DNA of 58,059 nt, filler included, from Sphacelaria rigidula (Eukaryota): assembly GCA_964200075.2 (NCBI GenBank). It is 7 parts of 7 records of this genome, joined end to end, with 100 filler letters (N's around TTAATTAATTAA, not from the genome) between each part and the next. Parts side by side here need not be neighbours in the genome. Positions count along the whole stretch, not along the records: positions 41,545 to 49,752 come from CAXNAA020011916.1; positions 49,853 to 58,059 come from CAXNAA020011917.1; 5 more parts are not named here. One strand, given 5' to 3'. Under the pieces are notes generated by a model, which searched no databases, was not told the DNA's origin, and saw nothing but the letters and a program-made list of their open reading frames with translations. Shown here in pieces: positions 47,067 through 58,059 of this stretch (position 1 is the first letter of the stretch; every line of letters begins with the position of its first letter). The position numbers and the translations under genes are program-made.

Positions 47067-49700
47067 GGCAGCGGCGTCAGCAGGGGTCCGGTTCTGGGTC
47101 CGGCTAAGCCGCAGAGGCTGCTGCTCCGCAACGAGCGGTGCAGGTGGGACCGACCACTCTAGTGTCGGGCTCAGTGCCGGCGGCGCCGGTAGCAGAGCAA
47201 GGCGAGACGCCTGCTGCTGAGCCGGCCGGAGTTTAGCTGAAAATTGGATCCGCTGCTGAGCCGGCCGGATTTCAGCTGAAATCTGGATCCGCTGATGCGT
47301 CGGCCAGAGTACCGCTACAATTTGGTTATTCGGGCGGGGCTTTGTGCCCGCCGGTGGTCCGGTGACCCCAACGGGGGCATTTATGTCTGCGCCGCACGCG
47401 CAGCCGTGGCGCCAAGTGAGGATCGCGACCAATCAGTCGGCGGAGCAGGTGCCGGTCGAATATCAAGGCAAACATAATCCTCAGAGTTATATCTCCCAAA
47501 TCAGCGGCGCGGGGAGCCATTGCGGTAGAGGCTAAGTGGGATTCTGGCGCCCACTGGACGCATCATGTGAGTCTGTCGGTACAGATTGTAGAGATGTTGT
47601 AGCGTCTTCTCCCGGATGTGCCGCTGCGCACTCCGTTTCCGCTTGGGGCGCGGCAGGCCGTCATCGTGTCGGGTCATCATCTTCACGTCACAGAGCGTAC
47701 TGTTCCGCTGCAGCTGACTTTGATGACTTCCTGGGGGCCGGCGCAGTCGCCTCCGATGTCGTTTGCGATTATGCCGGGGTTGGATGTCGTTATTCATCTG
47801 AGATTGCCGATGAATCAGGATACTAGAGTCAACGCTCGGCGGTTGTGGGACTCCATGAAGACGCGGATGTCTCCGCCTGGTCCACGCTTGGAGACGCCCG
47901 CCGTTTTGGGCAGTCGTCGCGTGAGCTTGTCGGCGGATGCTTTTCAGGAGGATGAAGGGCAGGTGACGAGGAGCGGGATGCGGTGGTGGAACGCTTGGTA
48001 GAGCGCGACCCGGAGATATTTATTGATCCAGCGGAAGAGGAGTCCGATCGGAAGGTCGCGCTGGAGGAGAGCGTGACGGATGCTGGGGCGAAAAGCCTCG
48101 GCGTCTCAAAAGCGGAGCGCCTGCGCGGCATATTGCATTGCCGCGTCAACGCGTTTCGTCGTGCGCTGCGGGGTGATCCCCCTGCGCGCGTGGAGCCCAT
48201 GCTTGTTCTGCCAAAACCTGGAGCGTCCGCGGTGAAGATGAAGCCGCGGCGGTACGATCCAGTGAAGTCGAGTTGGTTGGCATTGTGCATGGCGGCTCTT
48301 TTGGCGCTTGGGATTGTGTTACGGAATTTGCAGGCGGGGTCGTCCAGTTCAGATATGGGGTTTCCGAAGAAGGCTGCATCGTGGACGGAGGGCAGGCTGC
48401 AGGCGCGGGCGGCAGCGAAGGATCTGGTGGCTCATGCGTGACGCCGCTCCATCCTCGTCCTGATTGTCAGGTGTTGATGTTTCCGGATGCATCCGAGTGT
48501 CATTGAGGTAGTTTTGTAACGCAGGTGTCTGATGCAGAAATGCAACAACGGTTGCCGGTTGAAGATATTATGACGCATGAACCGCTGGCTTCTCTTAGTG
48601 GTAACTTTAAGGGTTCACAGATGCGTTGGGCAACCATTGACAAGGAAGCTTTAGCTATCGTGAGCACTTTTCTTCGTCTCGAGCATCTATTGTGGAATGG
48701 CGCGCACATTTTCACGGACCACCGAAATCTAGCGTACATTTTTGACCCGGAGGCATGCGTGACGTCTGTGTCGAAGGTGTTGCCACAGCGATTGGAGGAG
48801 TGGAAAGGTGTATTAGGCCAGTATCGGTACACGATTTGCCATATTCTGGGTGAGCGTAACAGGTAGGGTGACTTGCTGTCGCGCTGGGTCGATATTTCCA
48901 CTTTGCCTGGGCGCGCTATGGCTGTGTATGGTCCATGTGAACCTGATGACTCGATGCCGTCCAAATCTGTTGTCCGCCAAGTGCAACGAGAAGACCTTGG
49001 GGCCGAAGAGGCGGATGTGCAATCTTTCGAGTCGGACGTTGGTGCTGCTATCTTGGAAAATGAACGTCTGTCCGTGTGCATGTGCGTGGCCGAAACGTTT
49101 TGTGGATTCCGAGTTCTGACAAGCACTTGCAGGTACGCGCACATGCGCAACACCGTGCATCGTGGTGTGGCTGCGACGCTCGTGCGCTTGCAAGCGTTTT
49201 GTATCTGGCAGGGGATATAAACTCATGTGCGCGAATTTGTCCTCCAGTGTCTTCACTGTGCTGACTCGAGGGCGGGCGATGGTTTTCCTTGTCCGCTCGG
49301 CGAAACGGTCCATGGGACCACGCCGAATGAAATCGTTCATTTTGACTTCTTGTACGGGGGCGAGAGTGACCCGCTCGCTTCCCAAGGTTTGTCGGAGGAT
49401 GCGGGGTTTCGACATATTTTGGTAATCATGGATGGTTCGAGCAACTTTGGGCCTCTGGAGCCAGTAGCAGTGTGTACCGCTGAATCGACTGTCGCGTCTT
49501 TGCTAAATTGGTGCAAAACTTTGGGTGTGCCCCGTGTGTGGGTGAGTGATACCGACACGCATTTCAAGAATGCGATCTTGGCCCGATTGCGAGAGGCTTT
49601 GCGCGTTGATCACTAGTGCGGTAGCGTATTCTGCGTGGTCTAACGGTGCGTGCGAATGCATGGTCAAGGAAGTAGTTCGTGCTCTTCGCTCTGTTCATTT
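46508..49700 (+). mobile_element. Degenerate, internally deleted Ty3/Gypsy LTR retrotransposon
   Basis: gag zinc knuckle CHCCGQVGHYARDC; RT start KPRRY; RNase H FPDAS, KEALAIV, FTDHRNL; integrase H..H..CLHC, VHFDF, VSD..THF. Order is RT-RH-INT; the RT core is missing. Confidence 0.9.
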
Positions 49701-49752
49701 CAACCATGTCGATGTAATTTGAAAATACGAACTCTTTCGTTTTCAAAGGTGT

Positions 49753-49852
49753 NNNNNNNNNNNNNNNNNNNNNNNNNNNNNNNNNNNNNNNNNNNNTTAA
49801 TTAATTAANNNNNNNNNNNNNNNNNNNNNNNNNNNNNNNNNNNNNNNNNNNN
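49753..49852. other. Artificial contig spacer
   Basis: N44-TTAATTAATTAA-N44. Confidence 0.98.
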
Positions 49853-52800
49853 CTTCATGCAGCCTGAACCCGAACATCAGGCGCTTTATGGCCATTTTTT
49901 TCGTGTCATGTTCAGCTGGTTTTTGGAGGGGGCTATCGTAGAAAGGGTCAATTACATTCATGGGATCATGTTCCGTGTCGTGTGCCTCGACTACCTACTA
50001 GTAGTCCAGGCAAATTTGGCGAGGCGTGAGATAATGCTGCTACTTTGGCTACAGGCTGTCGCGACCGTGCGCTCGTGTATTGTACATAAATGTGTGTGAG
50101 CGTTGCCGGCATCCGAGATCATCGGGACAGGGTGGGCAAGGAGCAAAAGTAATTATACGAACCTCGCAAAGCCCGCCAGAATTTTCGGCTGTTATCAGTG
50201 TTTGTTGATCAATTTGTTTTAAAAATTTGAACCAAAAACAAATCACACAAAAATCACAAAAAAAGTGAAAAATCATGACGGTTTTCGAAAAACTGTCCTC
50301 CGGGAGGGGGGGGGGGGACTCCGTGTCCGAAAAAATTATCTCGACAGACCCTTGACCGCGCCCTTTTTCTTCCACAGTACTCATAGAGCCCGCATCGTGG
50401 ATCCCTGTTTGGACAGCAGGGTTCACCGGTTCCATCCCGTCGTGTAGTGGTGGATCAGTCATCGGTACGCTTTCGGGATGCCTGGCCATCCCTTCCCACC
50501 CTCTCGGACTCAGGCAGTCACATCTACCCCCTTCTGCTTTACAACACAACAACTTGATCATTGATCAACCCCCTGATTTCAACAACGCCTTTATCACGCA
50601 CCTGCGCAGGTAAGCACACAATATCTGACATCGACAGTTCACCGGCTTCTCCTGACCACGGCGCCATTGATGACGGCACGCACTCTTCGGGAAGCGGTGA
50701 ATCAGTTGCAGAGTCGGTCATTGATGCTCGTGATCAGTTTGTTGGGGACATGGAGGTAGTTGACACCATTGCCCCGGGTCCCGCGCCTGCAGAAGGAGTC
50801 ATCGACATGCACGAAGGAATTAATCTCCCCCTGCATGCCGCCGCCGCTGCTGCCACGGTAAAAAACACTATTTTTTGGACACCCCCAGCACCGGTGACCA
50901 TGTATCTGCGCGTGATCCCCCCTCACCAACTCCCCCCCGTGGGCCCTGCTGGTGTAGTAACCCTCGATAGTGCCCGAAAACCGAGTAAACATCCGTGCCC
51001 ACGCCCCCCTAAAAAAGTACGGGACAAAGCAAAGACTCGATCTCAATACAACCGCCCCCATGCTATCCCGACCCACGTGTGGGAGAAATTCACCTGCGCT
51101 GAACAAGCCGCGTATTGGGACGACGTATTCGCCCAAACCACCCAAGCTCAGACGGAACGTAAAAACGGTGAAGACTTTGAACCCGCTCAGGAACTTGCGC
51201 GGGTCCGTCGTAAGTCGACATCAGACGTAAGGCGTGAAGACTAAAACAAGGAGACTCGCCTCCTCCGTCAATCCGCCAAAACCCCACGTGCGGCAGAACT
51301 GCAATATCAACAGGTCTTGCAACACCACAACTCCTCTGCGAAACGATCCACCGTATGCATCTCGGTCGCGCAATTGACTCTTGATGAACAGTTACGCCGT
51401 CTACACATGCTTACTCTCGATTCGCTGGAGACCGATCATGAACTTGACATTTCATCCATTTTCTCCGCCCCGTCTTCCCCCGCTCCCTCTAGTGTAGCAA
51501 CGAATTTTCCCCATTCCGCTGCAGATAATCGCAACAGGAAAACCCGCTTTGTCCGGGGTAGAGACTAAAGGTTATCGCAGTCAACCCCTCCCCCACCCCC
51601 CACCAACGCGCCCATGGCGGTGAAATAGTTCGTGTCTGCACAACCCACAGCCCCTAGGATTGTAGCCGAAGATCCTCGTTCCATCACACCGGACCGTCCC
51701 GGTGCGGAAACCTCGGCGGGTGATCCTCTGTATGATTTTGTCAACGACCCCCCAAACCTACTCATGTATGCGTGCCAGGCACGGCGACTCACTGTTCCCG
51801 TCACTGATGAGGCCAGGGGCCTCCTCACCTGGTTCCCCGACCACCATCGAACAGTAAAGTTAGCAGGAGTCGTGCAATGCGCCCAATCCTAGCCACTGTC
51901 CGACACCAGTCGAGAGACACAGATCGGATATGTACAGCCTCTCATCGGACCGGTTACCGCCGTTGGACATGTTCGCATAGCCGTCCATGACCACAACCAA
52001 TTCATGGCAGCACAACGTGTGCACAACACTGTCAGCGGTAAGGGCCGTCTGCACGACGGTGGAGGTCTGCCTCCGGCACCTGGACTCAGACGGATGGCAT
52101 GGGGAGAAATTCGATGGACGGTGTCGATGAATGGCACACGCAAAGTAAAGGGAAAACTAGGGTTAAGGATTGTGGCACGACCGAGCGGACAAAACAGTCG
52201 CGGTCCCGTCGCCAGCTTCCGACCTCCGCTAACAGACCGGGGAAAAGCCAACACGTTGTGTCCCAATCAGACAGCGAGTCGGACAGTTCCGAAGACACCA
52301 ATACTGAAACGCGTGTGGCTTCCTCGCGTTCTGCGCCTCCCACCATCGCTGACCTTCCGCCGTCTTTCAACGTCGCGAAGCGGAGACACGCTCTGCTCAA
52401 AGTAAAAACAAAACAGACACAAACAAACATACCAGCAAACGCGTCCAGTTTACTCCCCTCGAGGTCTCTCCTCCCTCTAGTAGCTCGTCCCCACCTCTTC
52501 CCCCCCCCCCCGAAACATCTCAAGCGTGCACCGAGCATACTTGAGTTTGGATCTCAAGTTCGCCGGAAAGGTTAAACCGTCTCTACCGTTTCTGACGAGA
52601 TCTGATGTCGGCCTGTCCTGTAGTCAACCAAGGCAATCCCTTACCACCGCGATGAGTGATATACTGTCAATCTCTGACAAACCCTCCGTCGACCTCAAAT
52701 CGAGCACGTGGGTCGATGGATGGCTTCGTCCGCTACATCGAGCGCTGGAGGCTGCGCTCGATTTCGGCTTCCCGCAGGCTACCAAGCTATCCCACATGCT

Positions 52801-54806
52801 CGATACTCATTTTGACCCAGTGGCGCGAACCCTCACGCTCGGAACTAGCAGATATGACGCCTTCACGTTTCTACTTAGATTGATCAGTTCCTCCCTCGAC
52901 ACAAGTTACGAAGGTGAATCAATCGAACGCCTTCTCGCATTTAAGGTATCGGTGGACACACTTTTTGACCAGTATCTGAAGGAATCCCATACTTTGATTT
53001 CGGTCACGGTTGACGGTGGGCGTGAGCTAGCCCCTACGCAAGAGGTCGTTATGAACCTTTTCCGTTCCACTACGGGACGTCAGTACCCGAGCTTTATGCC
53101 GAGTGTTTGTGTGGGCGACACGACTACCGCGTCGATCGCGTTTTCCGACCTAGATGGTATGTGGAGTAAACTAGATGGATTGCGGTCAAACCGAACCCTG
53201 GTGATAGACGCGACTGACGCAAAACTGGATGGCCTCGCTACAAGAAGCGGCCAAGTCGGTGCTTCCGTCACCCTTCCGTCCTTTTCGGTTGCCGCACACA
53301 CTGCGGCAAGACCGCAGCTGACTCATCCCAAATCGATTCAACGCCCGTGAATCCCTGAGTCCATGACCGCAACTGGTGAAGTCATGTTCACAGCCCCCGT
53401 CCAAAGCCCCGACGCGTTTGCCAGTCGGTTTCTAAGTTGGCCCTTCGCGGCAGAAACTTGGCCAGACGTTTTCCAAGTCAGTACTTCCATGAACAGCTCA
53501 GATCCCCTCGTTTTGGCCCGTGATTCAGACACCAATCTCAGGACTGCCTTGAATCGACGTTGTAGGAACCGTTGCCAAAACTGTGGTATCTGGTTCAACG
53601 AACAGATGGGGTACTCCGCGGATTGCGGCGTACCCATTCACGCGATGCACAACTGTGAAGAACCGTTCACGAACGCATTTGGCGTACTCAACCGGTGTTC
53701 CTTGATCCAGCGTATGCACACTATTTGCGAACTTTGAAAGCACGTATGCAATCTTACCGCAGCTCTCAATCTAGCAACGCCCGAGCTTTGCACCAGCGAA
53801 CACGGCGCGGAAACCGCCACTACGGCAGTGACCCCCGCGCCCCCAACAACCATTACCCTCAGCCCTATCATCAAGCTCGGACCGCTGACGCTGCCCGCCC
53901 AAGCCTACCCCCCCCTCCTCCTGACGCTTTCCACCCGCAAACGCAGAATCAATATCAAGATGGTCATCGCCCACTAACGATTGGAACTGACAACCGGCTG
54001 AACCACGCCAGGATGAGCCCTGTCCCTTCACTGATGCTAATAAACGCACCACCTGACGGTGTTTTGGAAATGTACAAAACCCCGCGTTCCCGCATAGCAT
54101 GCAGTGGAGTGACCCCGCGTATGCGACTACCCCCGTAATTGAACCGTCGCCCTCTACATGTTCTGATTACACTTCTCGTTCATTCCCCATTGTCTGCCAC
54201 AGGCCAACAATCGGGAACCAACGATCGCCGGCTACACGCCGAAGAAGTTCCCTACCCTTTTTTTCGCTCGGCCAGTCCACACACATCATAAGCCTGAATC
54301 GGTGCCCGCCGGCACAGGTTCAGGTTTGTGGTGCGGATATACTGGGTACGATCAGACTGCCATGATGGCTTCCATGGCAGCAGAATACCGTGCATTATTG
54401 CATGACTCCCAATTGAGCAGTGACCAACCCCAGTGTTTTTATTCTGGATCTGATCACCCAGTTTTATCCCCAAGTGGTGGCAATCATAGCCAGTTGGATC
54501 CTTCCTCCTCACGAGATCGGCAGTCATGTAGCGCAACTTCTACCGCATCCAAAGTAGGAACACCTCTTGGTGCGTTAGCTGTTACCCCTGCGACCGTTCA
54601 TCGTAGGATACCACACATAAGGCCACACACCAGCCCTCAAAAATACTCAGGTGGCAAGCCAACCCTCGTTACACCCACGAACGGAATTGCGTAGGTGCCC
54701 GGTCCCCTTTTATTCAGTGCGAGTAATTACTCGTGCACGGAGCGCAACGGTAGCAAACCCTGGCTTTCTGTCGCTCCGCAAGCTGGAAAGGAGCCCCACG
54801 TTACAG

Positions 54807-55017
54807 TGTAATGCGTGAGAAGACCGCGTACTTAGGGGACCGCATCTGAATTTGAACATCCCTATGGTTGGGGTTAGGATTAGGGTTAATGTTAGTGTTA
54901 GGGTCAGGGGCGTGGTTCCTGCAGGGACTGGCTCGACTGGTTTCGAAAAACATCGATCCTGGGGTGTTTTGGACTACGCCGCGGCCTTCTAAGCACGCGG
55001 TCCTCTCACACATTACA
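54807..55017. mobile_element. TTAGGG-bearing TIR element, 211 bp, TSD ACAG
   Basis: acag|TGTAATGCGTGAGAAGACCGCGT...ACGCGGTCCTCTCACACATTACA|acag; internal degenerate TTAGGG repeats. Confidence 0.9.
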
Positions 55018-56832
55018 ACAGCTCCGGCGGAGCGCCATGAGCGTGACCGCAGACGGACTATCCGTGAACACTTTTCAGTAGCCCCCGGGGCAGCCGAACC
55101 CTGTGTGCACTATAGGCGTGGCCCTCGGCGGGCTCCTCCGGATGACCATGTAGATATCCCTGATGATGCATTTGAACCCGTTCACCGAGATGGTACGCGG
55201 GTGTGGGCTTCATTAGATGGAGACCTTCTAGTCGACCAGCCCGGTATTTCCCAGATTTTGAGCAGATCAATACCGCCCCCTACCGACCCCTCGCGCACTA
55301 TGTTGGAACCCGCCACTGAAGTAGCGTTGTTATCTCTTGGAACGAAAACCTCGTTTTAAATCAGGCGTTTGTATCCTTGTCATGAAAGCCCTCCGTTTGT
55401 GTCTTCTTCACAAGGAATACATAGTGTTGCGACCGACTAGCCGTCCATCACGGACCCCTCGTCCCCTATTGTGCCAAAGTTGGCCCCAACTAACACGGGT
55501 AGAGAGCTGAATGGTATAGCCACATCAACTCCGCCCCTCGACGAATTGTCCCCTTGTTCGCCCGTGCTAGATGCTGTAACCACTCCAGCTTCACAAATTG
55601 ACGCTTCGTCGCATGTTGCGATCGAGAGAGGTATCCGAACCCAAGCAAACCAGCTGCCGCATCCATCTACGACAACTGCCCTTCCCAGGCATTGTCCACC
55701 CCTCACAGTGTACGGGATTCAACACTCGACGGATCAACCCACGACCGTAAAAGACACCCCGTGCTCCGACCAATTTTCGGACCGAAAAGTTGTCTCGAAG
55801 GATCACCAGCTTGTGTATTTTAGCACCGCTGCTCACACCCACAAACGCGGTTTGTCCACAGATATCTTGCCTGGATTCGGACCGGATCTCGCCGGTCGAA
55901 CTGCAATTATGGATAATGCCTCCTTTACAACTCCAAACATTATACATTGTGGAGTGCATGCAACATGCCATTTGATCGTTCTTGTATTGCTCGACTCAGG
56001 CTCGCCTCAAAGGTTCATCACACAGCCAGCTTCTGGCAACAAATTATCAACGCTGGGGAGCGCACAAGCATCGACTTTCTACCGTTTCCCCTCGTGTTCT
56101 CGGTGAGTTTGGTCCCTCCGCTTCCCTCACGGTTGATCAATCAGTGAGACTTAGTGTGCAATTCTTCGACGACGCGTGTCCGGGTGCTCGATTATCCGTG
56201 TGGGCACTAATAGTGCCCGATGATTCTATGTCGGTGAATGTTTTATTGGGGCGTGATAGTTGGCTACGTGTCTCTACACATACGTATACGTCGGACAAAC
56301 GTATTTTCAACCGTCCCACCGCCGGTAAATTGATATTGGGACACCACGACACAGATTCGGGGACTCGTTCCAATGTCGATGATCCAACACAAACAGGTAA
56401 TGCTTTCCGACTGTACTATGTTGGCAAAAATATATCTTCCCTTTCTCACGCCCAATTCACAAATGTGAATCTTGTGAGGCGAAATGAATCCCCCTCGCCC
56501 TCACTGGACAGTACTTGGTCGATTTGTTCAAAGCTGATCAATCACACGATGATGTGGGTGCTGTCGAGCAGACCGAAGTATTTGTCCATGAAAATCGGCA
56601 ACCCATCCCTCTCACCTCCTCTGCATGTTTCAATATACTTCTCCGCCAGTTGTCGGGTTTTGCTCAGGCGCCCCTCCTACGGACAGCCTTGTCAAACGTG
56701 CGTCCGACGACAGGACCGAAGTCGTCGCCGGGTACCTCGACGACACCGGACCCCCCTCCGTTATACACGTCTGGGCCCATGGTGATGAACGAACCACACG
56801 ATACGCCTGACCCAAACCCCCCGGCTGCATAA

Positions 56833-57288
56833 AACAGACAGTTTTGTAAAATGAGGTTGCACACTAAAATGAGGTTCAAGCCCAAAACAGTGCTTTCTCC
56901 ACACTTTCAGCCATGGTGCCCAATGACTTCTTTGTCGGCCTGATTTCCCTCGATATCGTAGATACGTTTTCAGCGTACTTTACCGATTCTGTAATCTTAC
57001 AGCGCTGGCCGAAGCCCTTACTTTCCCTCACATCACCCCCCCTCAAAAATCAGGGAAAATGACGGGTTTGATTTCTGAGGGGGGGTGATGTAAGGGAAAA
57101 TGAGGGCTCCGGCCAGCGCTGTAAGATTACAGAATCGATAAAGTACGCTGAACAAATTTCTACGCGATCGAGGGAAATCAGGCCGACAAAAAAGTCATTG
57201 GGCACGATCGCTGAAAGTGTGGAGAAAGCACTGTTTTGGGCTTGAACCTCATTTTAGTGTGCAACCTCATTTTATAGAATTGTCTGTT
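56833..57288. mobile_element. Complete palindromic MITE, family B (456 bp), inserted in Gypsy pol
   Basis: aacagacagttttgtaaaatgaggttgcacactaaaatgagg ... cctcattttagtgtgcaacctcattttatagaattgtctgtt; near-perfect hairpin that splits the protease-RT linker. Confidence 0.92.
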
Positions 57289-58059
57289 GATACTAGATAT
57301 ATTGTCTCCAGAGCAACGTGTTAGTTTTCAACGTGTATGGGACGTTATTCCCCCGCATTTGCGGCACATTGCCTTTGATCTATCTGATGATGGTTGGACA
57401 CCCACGTTGATCAGTAGGTTGAAATCCATCTTGGTTAGATATTCAGAATGGTCCTCCACGTCGCCTCTAGACTTGGGCCGCTGCACCACTATGTCGTTCA
57501 CTATCATAATTCCTGATGGCATTCAACCTATCGCTATGCGTCCGTACCGTACAAACCCCCTCTTAGCGGAGAGAATTCAGGTAATCCTCGACGGATGCTT
57601 ATCCGCTGGTTTAACAAGACACTCGACGTCTCCGTGGGCCTCGCCTCTAGTTGTCGTCCGGAAGAATAATGGTAGGATCAGATTAACGGTCTATTACCAA
57701 CGATGAAACGCAGTCACCAAAATCGCACGACTGCATCTTCCTCGGAGAGATGAAATCATCGACTCTGTTGGCGGGGGTAAAGTTTTTTCAAACTTTGACA
57801 TGTAGCCCGGCTACCACCAAAATGTGATGGACCCACAATCAATAAAATTGACGGCTTTTTGTAAATCGTCAGGCCTGTACGAGTGGTTAGTAACACCACA
57901 AGGTGCCGCCGGCGCTCCTGGGGCCTTTCAATGTGTGATGTTTCGTATGACAAATGGACTGTCCAAGTGCCATATGTACCTCGACGATGCGGTAGTCCAC
58001 GCTAGCATACCTTGCGAACACGTCGAACACTTGGGAGTCATCCTACGATAGGGGGGGGG

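Larger units (their letters stand above)
50561..58051 (+). mobile_element. Degenerate Ty3/Gypsy LTR retrotransposon with a very long gag region, truncated in RT
   Basis: Fragmented plus-strand ORFs; protease VLLDSGS...VLLGRD; RT PYRTNP, SPWASPLVVVRKNNG.IRL, LTAF...GLYEWLVTPQG...APGAFQ, YLDD; two MITE insertions. Confidence 0.88.

Overview
Eukaryotic, repeat-rich genomic DNA. GT-AG introns, about 50% GC, TTAGGG repeats and the SINE/LINE/MITE style suggest a stramenopile, probably a brown alga; this is inference. The window is not one locus. It is seven contigs of 8209, 8209, 8209, 8209, 8208, 8208 and 8207 bp joined by 100-bp N/TTAATTAATTAA/N spacers, apparently a length-sorted concatenation, so adjacency across gaps means nothing. 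The only confidently identified host gene is the 3' half (4 exons) of a P5A-type ATPase (ATP13A1/Spf1-like). The rest is mostly decayed transposable elements: two RTE-like LINE copies, two Ty3/Gypsy pseudo-elements plus a related gag remnant, tRNA-derived SINEs, several palindromic MITE/foldback families and mini/microsatellites, with a few orphan exons. The most unusual signal is a ~210-bp TGT...ACA element with 4-bp TSDs that carries telomeric TTAGGG repeats and has inserted into the TTAGGG tract of another copy of itself. I found no convincing novel multi-gene system.
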